Below are positions 1 through 16,098 of a DNA stretch of 64,000 bases, one piece after another. The notes under the pieces were generated by a model. It made no database searches. It was given only the letters and a program-made list of their open reading frames with translations, and had not been told where the DNA came from. Where the stretch lies: NCBI RefSeq assembly GCF_009914755.1, contig NC_060935.1; one strand, given 5' to 3'. Position 1 is the stretch's first letter, and every line of letters begins with the position of its first letter. The stretch comes from the human T2T-CHM13v2.0 reference genome, Homo sapiens. The translations under genes and the position numbers were made by a program.

Positions 1-1181
1 CTTATTCTAAAAACGAACACATAATTGGAAGTAAAACACTCCTCAACAAATGCAAAAGAACTAACTTCACAACAAACAATCTCTCAGACCACAGTGCAAT
101 CACATTAGAACTCAAGATTAAGAAACTCACTCAAAAGCACACAATTTCATGGAAATTGAACAACCTGCTCCTGAATGACTCCTGGGGAAATAAAGAAATT
201 AAGGCAGAAATCAGGAAGTTCTTTGAAACAAATGAGAACAAATAGAGACAACATACTAGAATCTCTGGGACACAGCTAAAGCAGTGTTAAGAGGGAAATG
301 TATAGCACTAAATGCCCACATCAGAAAGCAAGAAAGATCTCAAATGGACACCCGAACATCACAATTAAAAGAGCTAAAGGCAAGAGCAAACTAATCCAAA
401 AGCTAGCAAAGCACAAGAAATAACTAAGATCAGAGAAGAAATGAAGGAGATAGAGACATGAAAAACCCTCCAAAAAGAAAAAAAAAAAAATCAACAAATC
501 CAGGGGCTGTTTTTTTGAAAAAACAAACAAACAAACAAACAAACAAAAAACCACTAGCTAGACTAACAAAGAAGAGAGAGAAGAATCAAACAGACACAAT
601 AAAAAATGTTTAGGGACACCACTGACCCCACAGAAATACAAACTACCATCAGAGAATACTATAAACATCTCTACACAAATAAACTAGAAAATCTAGAAGA
701 AACGGATAAATTCCTGGATGCATGCACCCTACCAAGACTAAATTAGGAAGAAGCTGAATCCCTGAATAGACCAATAACAAGTTCTGAAATTGAGGCAGTA
801 ATTAATAGACCAACCAAAAAAAAAAAAAAGAAAAGCCCAGGACCAGACGGATTCACAGCCAAATTTTACCAGAGGTACAAAGAGGAGCTGGTACCATTCC
901 TTCTGAAACCACTCCAAACAATTAAAAAGGAGGGACTCCTCCCTAACTCATTTTATGAAGCCAGCATCATCCTGATACCAAAACCAGAAAGAAACACAAC
1001 CAAAAAAGAAAACTTCAGGCCAATACCTCTGATGAACATCGATGCAAAAATCCTCAATAAAATACTGGAAAATTGAATCCAGCAGCACATCAAAGAGCTT
1101 ATCCACCACGATCAAGTCGGCTTCATTCCTGGGATGCAAGTCTGGTTCAACATATGCAAATCAATAAATGTAATCCATCAC
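1..1181 (+). mobile_element. Older primate L1 (L1PA/L1PB-type) ORF2 fragment, EN end to RT start, degenerate
   Basis: Colinear similarity to the ORF2 region at about 3990-5155 in this window (e.g. ctctcagaccacagtgcaatc, ccagaggtacaaagaggagctggtaccattccttctg). Indels present, plus an (AAAC)n expansion at about 519-548. Confidence 0.9.
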
Positions 1182-1401
1182 ATATGATTTCAATAGGTGA
1201 AATTTAATACCTATTCATAAATTCTTTAAAATATTTTAATGAAAATTATTGAAAAACACAAATACAGCTAAGCATCACACTTAACATTGAAATACTAAAT
1301 GATTTCCCACTGAGATCATGAACAAATCAAGAATGTTGTCTTCTATTCAACACTGTACTTGAGGTCTTATTCACTTGGGGAAAAAAAGCAAGAAAAAATG
1401 T
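1182..1401 (+). mobile_element. Ancient L1M ORF2 remnant, the host of the L1PA3 insertion; it resumes at about 7462-7610
   Basis: Degenerate RT-region motifs (catcacacttaacattgaaatactaaatgatttcccactgagatc, ttctattcaacactgtacttgaggtc) that continue after the right TSD. Confidence 0.6.
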
Positions 1402-1418
1402 AAAAATTGGAAAAGAAA

Positions 1419-2321
1419 GAGGAGCCAAGATGGCCAAATAGGAACAGCTCCGGTCCACAGCTCCCAGCGTGAGCGACGCAGAAGACGGGTGATTTCTGCA
1501 TTTCCATCTGAGGTACCAGGTTCATCTCACTAGGGAGTGCCAGACAGTGGGCACAGGACAGTGGGTGCGCGCACCGTGCACAAGCCAAAGCAGGGCGAGG
1601 CATTGCCTCACTCGGGAAGCGCAGAGGGTCAGGGAGTTCCCTTTCCTAGTCAAAGAAAGGGGTGACAGACGGCACCTGGAAAATCGGTTCACTCCCACCC
1701 AAATACTGCGCTTTTCCGACGGGCCTAAAAAATGGCGCACCAGGACATTATATCCCGCACATGGCTCGGAGGGTCCTACGCCCACGGAGTCTCGCTGATT
1801 GCTAGCACAGCAGTCTGAGATCAAACTGCTAGGCGGCAGCAAGGCTCGGGGAGGGGCGCCCACCATTGCCCAGGCTTGCTTAGGTAAACAAAGCAGCCAG
1901 AAAGCTCGAACTGGGTAGAGCCCACCACAGCTCAAGGAGGCCTGCCTGCCTCTGTAGGCTCCACCTCTGGGGGCAGGGCACAGACAAATAAAAAGACAGC
2001 AGTAACCTCTGCAGACTTAAATGTCCCTGTCTGACAGCTTTGAAGAGAGCAATGCTTCTCCCAGCACGCAGCTGGAGATCTGAGAACAGGCAGACTGCCT
2101 CCTCAAGTGGGTCCCTGACCCCTGACCCCCGAGCAGCCTAACTGGGAGGCACCCCCAAGCAGGGGCAGTCTGACACCTCACATGGCCGGGTACTCCCACA
2201 GACCTGCAGCTGAGGATCCTGTCTGTTAGAAGGAAAACTAACAAACAGAAAGCACATCCACACCAAAAACCCATCTGTACATCACCATCATCAAAGACCA
2301 AAAGTAGATAAAACCACAAAG
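1419..2321 (+). promoter_or_regulatory. L1 5'UTR carrying the internal sense promoter and the antisense promoter
   Basis: CpG-rich L1PA 5'UTR. The bidirectional promoter is established for this family; activity of this copy is unknown. Confidence 0.8.
1522..1866 (-). CDS. L1 ORF0 (antisense), open, 114-aa long-C-terminus form
   Basis: ATG at 1866-1864 gives MVGAPPRALLPPSSLISDCCASNQRDSVGVGPSEP..., matching the primate L1 ORF0 peptide. Lies within track ORF 1522..1935. Confidence 0.7.
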   Translation of the reverse strand: MVGAPPRALLPPSSLISDCCASNQRDSVGVGPSEPCAGYNVLVRHFLGPSEKRSIWVGVNRFSRCRLSPLSLTRKGNSLTLCASRVRQCLALLWLVHGARTHCPVPTVWHSLVR

Positions 2322-3337
2322 ATGGGGAAAAAACAGAACAGAAAAACTGGAAACTCTAAAAAGCAGAGCGCCTCTCCTCCTCCAAAGGAACGCAGTTCCT
2401 CACCAGCAACGGAACAAAGCTGGATGGAGAATGACTTTGACGAGCTCAGAGAAGAAGGCTTCAGACGATCAAATTACTCTGAGCTATGGGAGGACATTCA
2501 AACCAAAGGCAAAGAAGTTGAAAACTTTGAAAAAAATTTAGAAGAATGTATAACTAGAATAACCAATACAGAGAAGTGCTTAAAGGAGCTGATGGAGCTG
2601 AAAACCAAGGCTCGAGAACTACATGAAAAATGCAGAAGACTCGGGAGCCAATGCGATCAACTGGAAGAAAGGGTATCAGCAATGGAAGATGAAATGAATG
2701 AAATGAAGCGAGAAGGGAAGTTTAGAGAAAAAAGAATAAAAAGAAATGAGCAAAGCCTCCAAGAAATATGGGACTATGTGAAAACATCAAATCTACGTCT
2801 GATTGGTGTACCTGAAAGTGACGGGGAGAATGGAACCAAGTTGGAAAACACTCTGCAGGATATTATCCAGGAGAATTTCCCCAATCTAGCAAGGCAGGCC
2901 AACGTTCAGATTCAGGAAATACAGAGAACGCCACAAAGATACTCCTCGAGAAGAGCAACTCCAAGACACATAATTGTCAGATTCACCAAAGCTGAAATGA
3001 AGGAAAAAATGTTAAGGGCAGCCAGAGAGAAAGGTCGGGTTACCCTCAAAGGGAAGCCCATCAGACTAACAGCGGATCTCTCGGCAGAAACTCTACAAGC
3101 CATTAGAGAGTGGGCGCCAATATTCAACATTCTTAAAGAAAAGAATTTTCAACCCAGAATTTCATATCCAGCCAAACTAAGCTTCATAAGTGAAGGAGAA
3201 ATAAAATACTTTACAGACAAGCAAATGCTGAGAGATTTTGTCACCACAGGCAGGCCCTAAAAGAGCTCCTGAAGGAAGCGCTAAACATGGAAAGGAACAA
3301 CCGGTACCAGCCGCTGCAAAATCATGACAAAATGTAA
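2322..3337 (+). pseudogene. L1 ORF1p (RNA-binding chaperone), frameshifted near its C-terminus
   Basis: MGKKQNRKTGNSK... open for 312 aa. A net 1-nt loss near 3248-3255 gives a premature TAA ending at 3260; the native stop is at 3335-3337. Confidence 0.95.
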
Positions 3338-3385
3338 AGACCATTGAGACTAGGAAGAAACTGCATCAACTAACGAGCAAAATAA

Positions 3386-7232
<3,847 letters not shown>

Positions 7233-7659
7233 ACAATGAGAACACATGGACATAGGAAGGGGAACATCACACTCTGGGGACTGTTGTGGGGTGGGGGGAC
7301 GGGGGAGGGATAGCATTGGGAGATATACCTAATGCTAGATGACGAGTTAGTGGGTGCAGTGCACCAGCATGGCACGTGTATACGTATGTAACTAACCTGC
7401 ACATTGTGCACATGTACCCTAAAACTTAAAGTATAATAATAAAAAAAAATTGGAAAAGAAAACATTTTTCTTTATTTGAAGACATAACATGTAAATAAAC
7501 AATCTAAAAGACTCTATAAGCAATTTAGAATTAATACATTAGCAAGATCACTGGTTTACATGGTCAATATATTAAAAAAATCGTGTATTTACATATACCA
7601 CTATATACAATTATTTATTAAGAGAAAAAATAAATCAACAATACTAGTTTTAATATTTT

Positions 7660-7995
7660 TCATACAATAGACTACTACTCATAAATAAAAAGGAATTTGC
7701 AAAAAGTAGATGAATCTCATAAATGTTGTGCAACAGAAGTCAGACATTAGAGTACATGCTATATAATTCTATTGGCATTAAGTTCAAGAACAGGCTAAAT
7801 TAATCTATTGTGACAAAGTCAGAATAAGTTACCTTTGGGAGAAGTACTGACTAGAAGGGACAAAGGTTTTGTGTGTGCTAGAAATAATCTATACCTTGAT
7901 TGGGTTGTGATTATCTGGGTATATATTTTGTATAAATTTATCAAGCTGTACATTTATGATTTGTAGACTTTATTATATGTGTTATACCTCAAAGT
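7660..7995 (+). mobile_element. L1ME-type 3' end fragment
   Basis: Degenerate old-L1 3' motifs (catacaatagactactactc, gatgaatctcataaatgttg, tatcaagctgtacatttatgatttgt). Confidence 0.6.
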
Positions 7996-8399
7996 GTAAA
8001 AGTTTATTGGTAAATGTTACACAGTTTAAGAGGTATAAAAATTATATTTATATATACATTATGGGCCATGCAATGATGAACCAACTCAATAAGAAATTTA
8101 GTATCCATTTATTTGACTCTCTTGTTCTATGCTTTTAAAATTATGGACAAATTTTATGCTTAAAGTGTTTGATTGTAGTTTCATATCTAACAAAAAAGCT
8201 GTAGTTAAGGGCTGCCAACCATAATACCTAAGTAACCTACTGCTGTATTTTTTACCAGAGTTTTCTGTAAAACATCTTCAGACTTAAACCTGAATGCATT
8301 CAATGAAAATGAAAAATAGGAGAGAAAACTACTTCCCCCAAATTGAAAGATTATGGGAACCAGCCTTATCATCTTGCTGTTTCCCTCACTAAGAAATTA

Positions 8400-8958
8400 T
8401 GTAAATATCTGTCACATATTCACTTTATTTGTATGAGATTCTTGCTCATAACTTATGAAAAATTACACTTGACAATGTTGAAGTTCCACAGAGAAGTCCA
8501 AGCGGATTTCCTTCTCAAGACAAATATAGCATATTACCCAGGAACTGCACCTCAGGGACTGTTCACTCCCAGGAATATCTTTTCTTCATCCCTGGAATAA
8601 ATTCCAAGCAGGATATCTTTCTCTTTCTATTCTTCCGATCGGTTTTTGTTTATTTCTTATTCTTCGCCAAATTTGGTTCTGGCTCTGCAACAGTTGTCGC
8701 CAGTTACTATCCACTGGTGGCAACAATGGCTGGAAGTCCATTTTATGGTCAGACCATTTGATATCTACTCTCTATTAGCAACAGAGAATTTGGTTTGTTA
8801 GTCAATTTTTGTCTGTCTGTGTACAAATATGCCTCAATTCCACTGGAGAGAACAGCTCTTTGAGATATGTCCGAAGTGCTCAGTTTGGTGTTCTCTATTC
8901 ATTTTACCCACGGCTGATGATATAAATCTGAGACTACCAGCGTTCTGTGTGCCTGGAA
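8400..8958 (-). other. Candidate terminal exon on the minus strand
   Basis: Minus-strand acceptor gacttttatcag|TTCCAG at 8958, several retained CpGs, long stop-poor frames, and AATAAA on the minus strand at 8424-8429. Confidence 0.3.
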
Positions 8959-9100
8959 CTGATAAAAGTCATTATCTGCTTATCATAGGGTGCAATAAAT
9001 TTTCCTACTTTTCAAAGGATATTAATAAATTAAATTGTAAAGCCTCTTAAAATACAGGAACTCTGTTCTGGTTAGCCTATGTGGACTAATAATCACTTAC

Positions 9101-9124
9101 ATAAATCTAATATTCCCAGAATTC
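9101..9124 (-). other. Candidate 24-nt microexon
   Basis: Minus strand reads tttctttattttttag|GAATTCTGGGAATATTAGATTTAT|gtaagt. Open in two phases (ILGILDL or NSGNIRF). Confidence 0.45.
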
Positions 9125-9239
9125 CTAAAAAATAAAGAAACTAACCCTCTAACACCGATGAGGACAGTTACATTGGTGGTGACTATGGAACAGAGGTTTG
9201 CTGAAGCCAGTTGGAATTCAGTTTTGGTCACTTCCCACT

Positions 9240-11120
9240 CAAAATGTCTTATATACTATAATTCTTCATATGTATTACAATTGAACCATACACAAATCAA
9301 AAAGGCATATAAAGAAAAATTATTCCCATCCCTGTCTCCAATCTGCCCAATTCCAACCCATTAAATTCTCTACCTGCCAAGGTAATCAATTTCCAATAGA
9401 GTCTTCTAAACTTTATTACTATAGCTGCATATATTCACACATAAATTATTCATATGTATGAAAAAATACAGCCACACAGAGTATAAAAGCAATGTGTAAA
9501 TATGCTGCTTCTTAGTAGGTTTACACATTGTTGTATACCTTGTTTTCCTCTAACTTTTCCTGGAGACTTTCCATATCAATACATAGAACTTCTTTGCTGT
9601 TTTTACAACTATATAATGTTCCCCTGTGTAGCTATTCCTTAATTTATTTAACTAATCCCCTACTGATGAGTACTTGAATAAATTCTTTCCAACCTACTGC
9701 TATTACAAACAATGCTACAATAAGTTTGTGCATTTATATGTCATTCTATATATGTACAAATATATCTGAAAAACAAATTTTCTACAGTAAAAAAAATATT
9801 TTTATATATTAGCCCATTTTTCTATTGGGTTGTTGGACTTTTCCTTAACCATTTTTAGTTCTTTGTATATCAAGGAGATTAATCCTTCATCTGTAATATG
9901 AGTTTCAGGTATTTTTCCCAGGTCGTCATATGTCCTTGCTTACTTTGTTTTTTGTAATGCAGATGTTTTATATATTGTAATGTAGATATTTTATGTAATG
10001 TAGATGTTTTTTGTTTTATGTAGCCTCATTTCTCAACCCTTTCCTTCATGGCTTTTTCTTTTACTGCTTTAAATCATAGTTCAAAATGCCTTCCTATTAT
10101 AAAAAAAAATTGTGTTAATTCTCTATGTTTTCTATTACCTTTTTTTTTTTTCTGGAGACAGGGTCTCGCTCTATTTCCAGGGCTGGAGGGCGGTGGTGTA
10201 ATCGTAGCTTACTATAGCCTCAAACTCCTGGGCTCAAGAGATCCTCCCACTTCAGTCTCCTGAGTACCTGGGACTACAGGCAGGTACCACCATGCCAGGC
10301 TAAGTTTTTTATTTTTCTTTTGTAGTGACGGGGTCTTGCTATGTTGACTAGGCTGGTTTCAAACTCCTGGCCTCAAGGGATCCTGCCACTTTAGCCTCCC
10401 AAAATGCTGGGATTACAGACATGAGTCACTGCACCCGGCCTTAAAAAATTTTTTATGTTTTCATTTAGTACATTTAAATCTTTGATCATTTGTAATTCAT
10501 CCTTGGTATGAGGTAGGATTCCTATTTTCTTTACTTCCACAGGTGAATATTCAGTTTCTCCAAAACTATTTACTGAATAGTACATATCATCTCCATTGGC
10601 TTTTGAGAAGCCATCTTTACCATACCTAAATATTCCTATGAACGTGGGTATATTTTCTAGGATTTCCATTCTACCCCATAATACTTCTCTTCATGTCCCA
10701 CAACCAATGGGTTTTAATTACTGAGACTAAGACTTCACAATACAACATCTAGTTGCAAAAGTCCTCTATATCCACTACCCTTGTTCTTTTTCTTTTTCCT
10801 ACAAAGTTTCTTGGTTAAATTATTTAGCCAAGATCAATTTATTTAGTTTTTTAAAAAGGATTCTTATCATCACATTAAATTTATAAATTACCTTAAACTA
10901 ACATCTTTATGGTGCTGTGTATTTCCAGTTATGAAGAAGACATATTCTTCAATTGTTCCAAACTTCTTTTATGTTCTTCAATGATGTTTTACATTTTTAT
11001 CATGTAGGTTTTAGAGTTTGTTGTTAAGTTTATTTCTGGTATCTCATCTTTGTTGCTCCTGAAAGTGGCACTTTTTCTTCCATTGTATCTTCTAACTAGT
11101 TATTGTTTGATATACTATTT
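9240..11120 (-). mobile_element. L1ME fragments, interrupted by an Alu
   Basis: Antisense old-L1 motifs (tcccctactgatgagtacttg, gctattacaaacaatgctacaataa, gcccatttttctattgggttg). Confidence 0.6.
10140..10440 (-). mobile_element. AluJ
   Basis: Poly-T followed by an antisense dimeric Alu with J-type sites (ctcctgggctcaag), ending cccggcc. Confidence 0.93.
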
Positions 11121-11479
11121 TAAGCCCTGTTTTGCAGATAGGAAAAGTGGAATGCTTGACCATATCTTCATCATTCCTGATGTGGTAAACTATTTTTTTC
11201 TGGAAGACCCCACCTGCCAGCTGAAGAAGACACTGAAGCAGCCATTCACACTCCTAAGACCCACCAAATTGCATGAAAGGCACCACGATTCTGCCTCAGT
11301 GAATGTTCCCTGCAGAAAAGTTTCCTCTCAAAACCTATGAAAAAAACTTCCCAGTGGACTTCCAATCCTAGACTGCATATATGTGAGGAAGCAAATCTCT
11401 CCTTCTCCAAGTGTCTCAAAAATCATTAAGTTAAATAGGAAAAAATAAATCCTTAACAGAATGGTATGAATGGCACCAG

Positions 11480-12470
11480 AAGGCCAGAGATCAGACTTTG
11501 ATACACTTCTGAAAGACTAAAAGACTGAAAAACTTAAAAGCAAGTGGTATCATACTGACCTAAAGAGAAAAACAGAAGTTCAAAGGCTATACCCCACCCC
11601 TTTCCACAACAAGAGAGATGCTTGCCCCCAGGGTACTAACAAAAACTGGAAAATTACCCTGTAAAGTAATTTAACAACTGACCAGAAGGACTAGGGCTCC
11701 TAATGTGGGTGTGTGCACCTAAGACAAGCAAGGCAGAGCCATATGCATCATGGGGGCTACTGAAGAAAACACAGCAGGGGAAAGGGCAAAGAAGCGCAGA
11801 TACTTTGCTTAGCAGCTAAAAGATAGGTTCTGAACAGTCAGAATAAAACAGAACATGTACACTGAATGAATAAAGCTCCAAAGCTCAAAAAGAAAGAAAA
11901 TAACCTAAATTTATTATAAAAATACCTTGTGTGTATGTATCTATACGTGAAGAACCCTTAAAAATAATTTATCTACTCAAATTGAATTTGAACAATTAAA
12001 AAAGAAGATGAAATTAGCTAAGAGAACAAGTACAAAAAAACTTCAATTCACAAAGTAAAATGTAAAAAGAAATATATCATAAAATAAAAGATTAAGGGGA
12101 CTTAATAGAGGCAAAGGCAATAATAGGAAACAAGAAAATTTCTTCCCTAACACAAAGGTTTGACTCTGTAGACTGAAAGTCACTAAGTTCCAAAATAAAG
12201 AACTCACTAAGCTCCAAACTAAAGAACGGGTAACAAAATATACATAACAATAAAAAAGAAACTCTTAACAAGTAGTCTGGCAAAAAGAACATGTTACCTA
12301 CAAAGGAAAAGAAAAAAACAGATTGGCATTTGAGCTTATACAAGAAATCAGAGAATATCACCCAGAGAACTTAACTGAACAAAAATACTTAAGAACGTAT
12401 CAGGCAAATACAAATGATCCAAAACTGATACATTAAGATAGAATGTGATACAGAGAAGAAGCAACATAAA
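11480..12470 (+). mobile_element. Very old L1M/HAL1-like 5'/ORF1 remnant
   Basis: A-rich sequence with an ORF1-like motif (tacaaaggaaaa...cagattggcatttgagctt). Boundaries approximate. Confidence 0.35.
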
Positions 12471-12487
12471 CACTAAACAATGACACA

Positions 12488-13105
12488 CTGTTGGTGGGAC
12501 TGTAAACTAGTTCAACCACTGTGGAAGTAGGTGTGGCAATTCCTCAGGGATCTAGAACTAGAAATACCATTTGACCCAGCCATCCCATTACTGGGTAGAT
12601 ACCCAAAGGATTATAAATCATGCTGCTATAAAGACACATGCACACGTATGTTTATTGTGGCATTATTCACAATAGCAAAGACTTGGAACCAACCCAAATG
12701 TCCAACAATGATATACTGGATTAAGAAAATGTGGCACATATACACCACGGAATACTATGCAGCCATAAAAAATGATGAGGTCATGTCCTTTGTAGGGACA
12801 TGGATGAAGCTGGAAACTATCATTCTCAGCAAACTATCACAAGGACAAAAAACCAAACACCACATGTTCTTACTCATAGGTGGGAATTGAACAATGAGAA
12901 CACTTGGACACAGGAAGGGGAACATCACACACCAGGGACTGTTGTGGGGTGAGGGGAGAGGAGAGGGATAGCATTAGGAGATATACCTAATGTAAATGAC
13001 GAGTTACTGGGTGTAGCACACCAACATGGCACATGTATACATATGTAACAAACCTGCACGTTGTGCACATGTACCCTAAAACTTAAAGTATAATAATAAT
13101 AAAAA
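12488..13105 (+). mobile_element. 5'-truncated L1PA4/5-like 3' end
   Basis: ORF2 C-terminus (track ORF 12531..12890), 3'UTR and tail. TSD aatgacaca at 12479-12487 and 13106-13114. Confidence 0.93.
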
Positions 13106-14037
13106 AATGACACAAATAATTAAATCTGAATGAAAAGCAAAAAACATTAAACTGACGGAGGCAGAATGGGTGAATAAAAGAGTTTCAAAAGTCTCATCTA
13201 GAAGTATGAGACTGAGAGAAGGAGGAAGTTAAAGTTTCCTAAAGATCTTATTTTATAAGGAAGAGAAGTAGAGGAGAAGAGAGAACCATGATTTAAAACA
13301 CAAACATACATACACAGAAAGAGAGAGAGAAAACCTGGGTGAAAGAAATCATTTTATTTTCAAATAGAGAAAATACATGTATGATTATGAGAACATGGAA
13401 ATGGAAACTAATCATTAATGTAAAGAAAAGTATAGCGCAACTTCCAAAATTAAGTATCTGGGAAGGTTTTGCCTGCTCTGAATATCATCTTGCTAAGCTA
13501 GTCACTTGACATATTTAATTTAAAAAAAAAGAAAATTAACTAATTTATAAATAGAGCTTTAAATGTTTCAGGGATTTCAATTTATTTTTGAAAGTCCTAT
13601 TGACTATTTAAGAGAGTTCAGTGCCAAAGTGAAATGCAAGAGTTAGAAAAATTAGGTTTGGGTTTAAACTTTTTAACTTCAATTAAACAACCTAATAACC
13701 AGGAACTTTTATACAGGTCTATATCGTTTGTGTACTCTAGGGCCTTTCTTGAACATCAAAATACTCATACAGATAGATACAAGAAAGGCCCACCTTGGAC
13801 TCCATCCCAAAGGGCTTAATTACTAAAATACCAAGAAAGTCTTGTACTGGCATGCCTCACGGTTAAGACAGATTCATTTCACAGATTATGAAGACAGCCT
13901 AATGGCTAGACTCCATTACTGCCTAAAATGTTCTGAGATTAAGGGATGTTCATATCAGACTTTGCTGATTACTATTAAATTCACTGATGAGAGTATGTTG
14001 GGTGAATGTTATACTTACTGTTAAAAGAATATTTTAG

Positions 14038-15200
14038 AAGCTTCTACACAGCAAAGAAAACAATCAACAAAGTGAAGAGACAACCCACAGCAAGGGAGAA
14101 AATATTTGCAAAAAGGGATTAATTACCAGAATATATAAGGAGCCCAAACAACTCTATAGGAAAAAATGTAATAATCCGATTTAAAAATGGGCAAAAGATT
14201 TGAACAGGCATTTCTCAAAAGACGGCAACAAATGGCAAACAAGCGTAGGAAAAAGTGCTCAACATCACTGATCATCAGAGAAATGCAAATCAAAACTACA
14301 GTGAGAGATCATCTCACCCCAGTTAAAATGGCTTATATCCAAAAGAAAGGCAATAACAAATGCCGGCAACAATGTGGAGAAATGGGAACCCTCACACATT
14401 GTTGGCAGGAATGTAAATTAGGCAACTACTATGAAGAAAAGTTTGGAAGTTCCTCAAAAAAACTAAAAATAGAGCTACCATATGATCTAGCCATCCCACT
14501 GTTGGACATATACCCAAATGAAAGGAAATCAGTCTACTGAAGAGGTATCTGCACTCCCATATTTGTTGCAGCACTGTTCACAATAGCCAAGATCTGAAAG
14601 CAACCTAAGTGTCCATCAATGGATGAATGGATAAAGAAAATGTGGTACTTATACCCAATGGAATACTATTCAGTCATAAAAAATAATGAGATTTAGTCAT
14701 TTGCAACAACATGGTTGGAGCTAGAGGTCATTATGTTAAGTGAAATAAGCCAGGCACGGAAAGACAAACATCACATGTTCTCACTTATTTGTGTGATCTA
14801 AAAATCAAAACAATTAAACTCATGGACACAGAGAGTAGAAGGATGGTTACCAGAGGCTGGGAAGGGTGGTGGGGGCATAGTGGGAGGTTGGTGGGGATAG
14901 TTAATGGGTCCAAAAAGTAGTTAGAATAAATGAATAAGGCCTAGTATTTGATAGCACAATAGGGTGACTATAGTCAATAATAATTTAATTGTACACTGAA
15001 AAATAATTAAAAGAGTATAATTGGATTGTTTATAAAACAAAGGGTAAATGCTTGAGGGGATGGATATCCCATCATGAGGGGATGGTTACCCCATCTTCCA
15101 TGATATGATTATTACACATTGTGTGCCTATATCAAAACATCTCATGTACTCCATAAAAATATATACCCACTATGAACCCCCTAAAATTAAAAATAATTTT
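14038..15200 (+). mobile_element. 5'-truncated L1MA (L1MA2/3-like)
   Basis: ORF2 end plus L1MA 3'UTR. TSD ttaaaa[g/t]aatattttag at 14021-14037 and 15201-15217. Confidence 0.88.
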
Positions 15201-15377
15201 TTAAAATAATATTTTAGGGGCTAAACTAAATCCCAGATGTTTCTTCAAGGTTACAAAACAATATAAGTTGTAGCTTTTTGGGCAAAATATACATCTTTTT
15301 TGACATCATAAGTAATAGGTTATTAAAGATGTGGTGCCTTTGAAAAGCCACACAGTATAAAATGGGCCTGGGTGTGA

Positions 15378-15791
<414 letters not shown>

Positions 15792-15935
15792 TAAAACTGG
15801 CTGGGAAGCCTGAAATCAAGAATTTCTGCAGAAGATAAAAGAACAGGCAGAGTAATAAAAACAGAAAATCTTGAAATTGTTTTATGGGCTTCCAGGGGAA
15901 ATGAGCCATTAAAAGAAATCATCTAGATCTGATCT

Positions 15936-15973
15936 GATCGCCTGGGCCTGGGAGTTCAAAGCTGTTTTGAGCC
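15936..15973 (+). mobile_element. Isolated 38-bp Alu right-arm fragment
   Basis: gatcgcctgggcctgggagttcaaagctgttttgagcc, with no tail and no TSD. Confidence 0.7.
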
Positions 15974-16063
15974 TAGAAGATGTACAATACCACAGTCAAG
16001 ACCCTTACTACCTACTTAGACTGCCACAATAGCTTCTAACTTGTGGCATCCTTCCAAATAAGA

Positions 16064-16098
16064 TAACTGGTCCACGGTCCAGGGGTTGGGAACCCCTG
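16064..16098 (+). mobile_element. MER1A-like (hAT-Charlie) terminal fragment
   Basis: ctggtccacggtccaggggttgggaacccctg resembles the MER1 terminus. Confidence 0.55.

Noticed and set aside
8708-8726. CTCF site (ccactggtggcaac)
   Set aside because: Needs a 1-nt gap to fit the core motif; not supportable without ChIP data.
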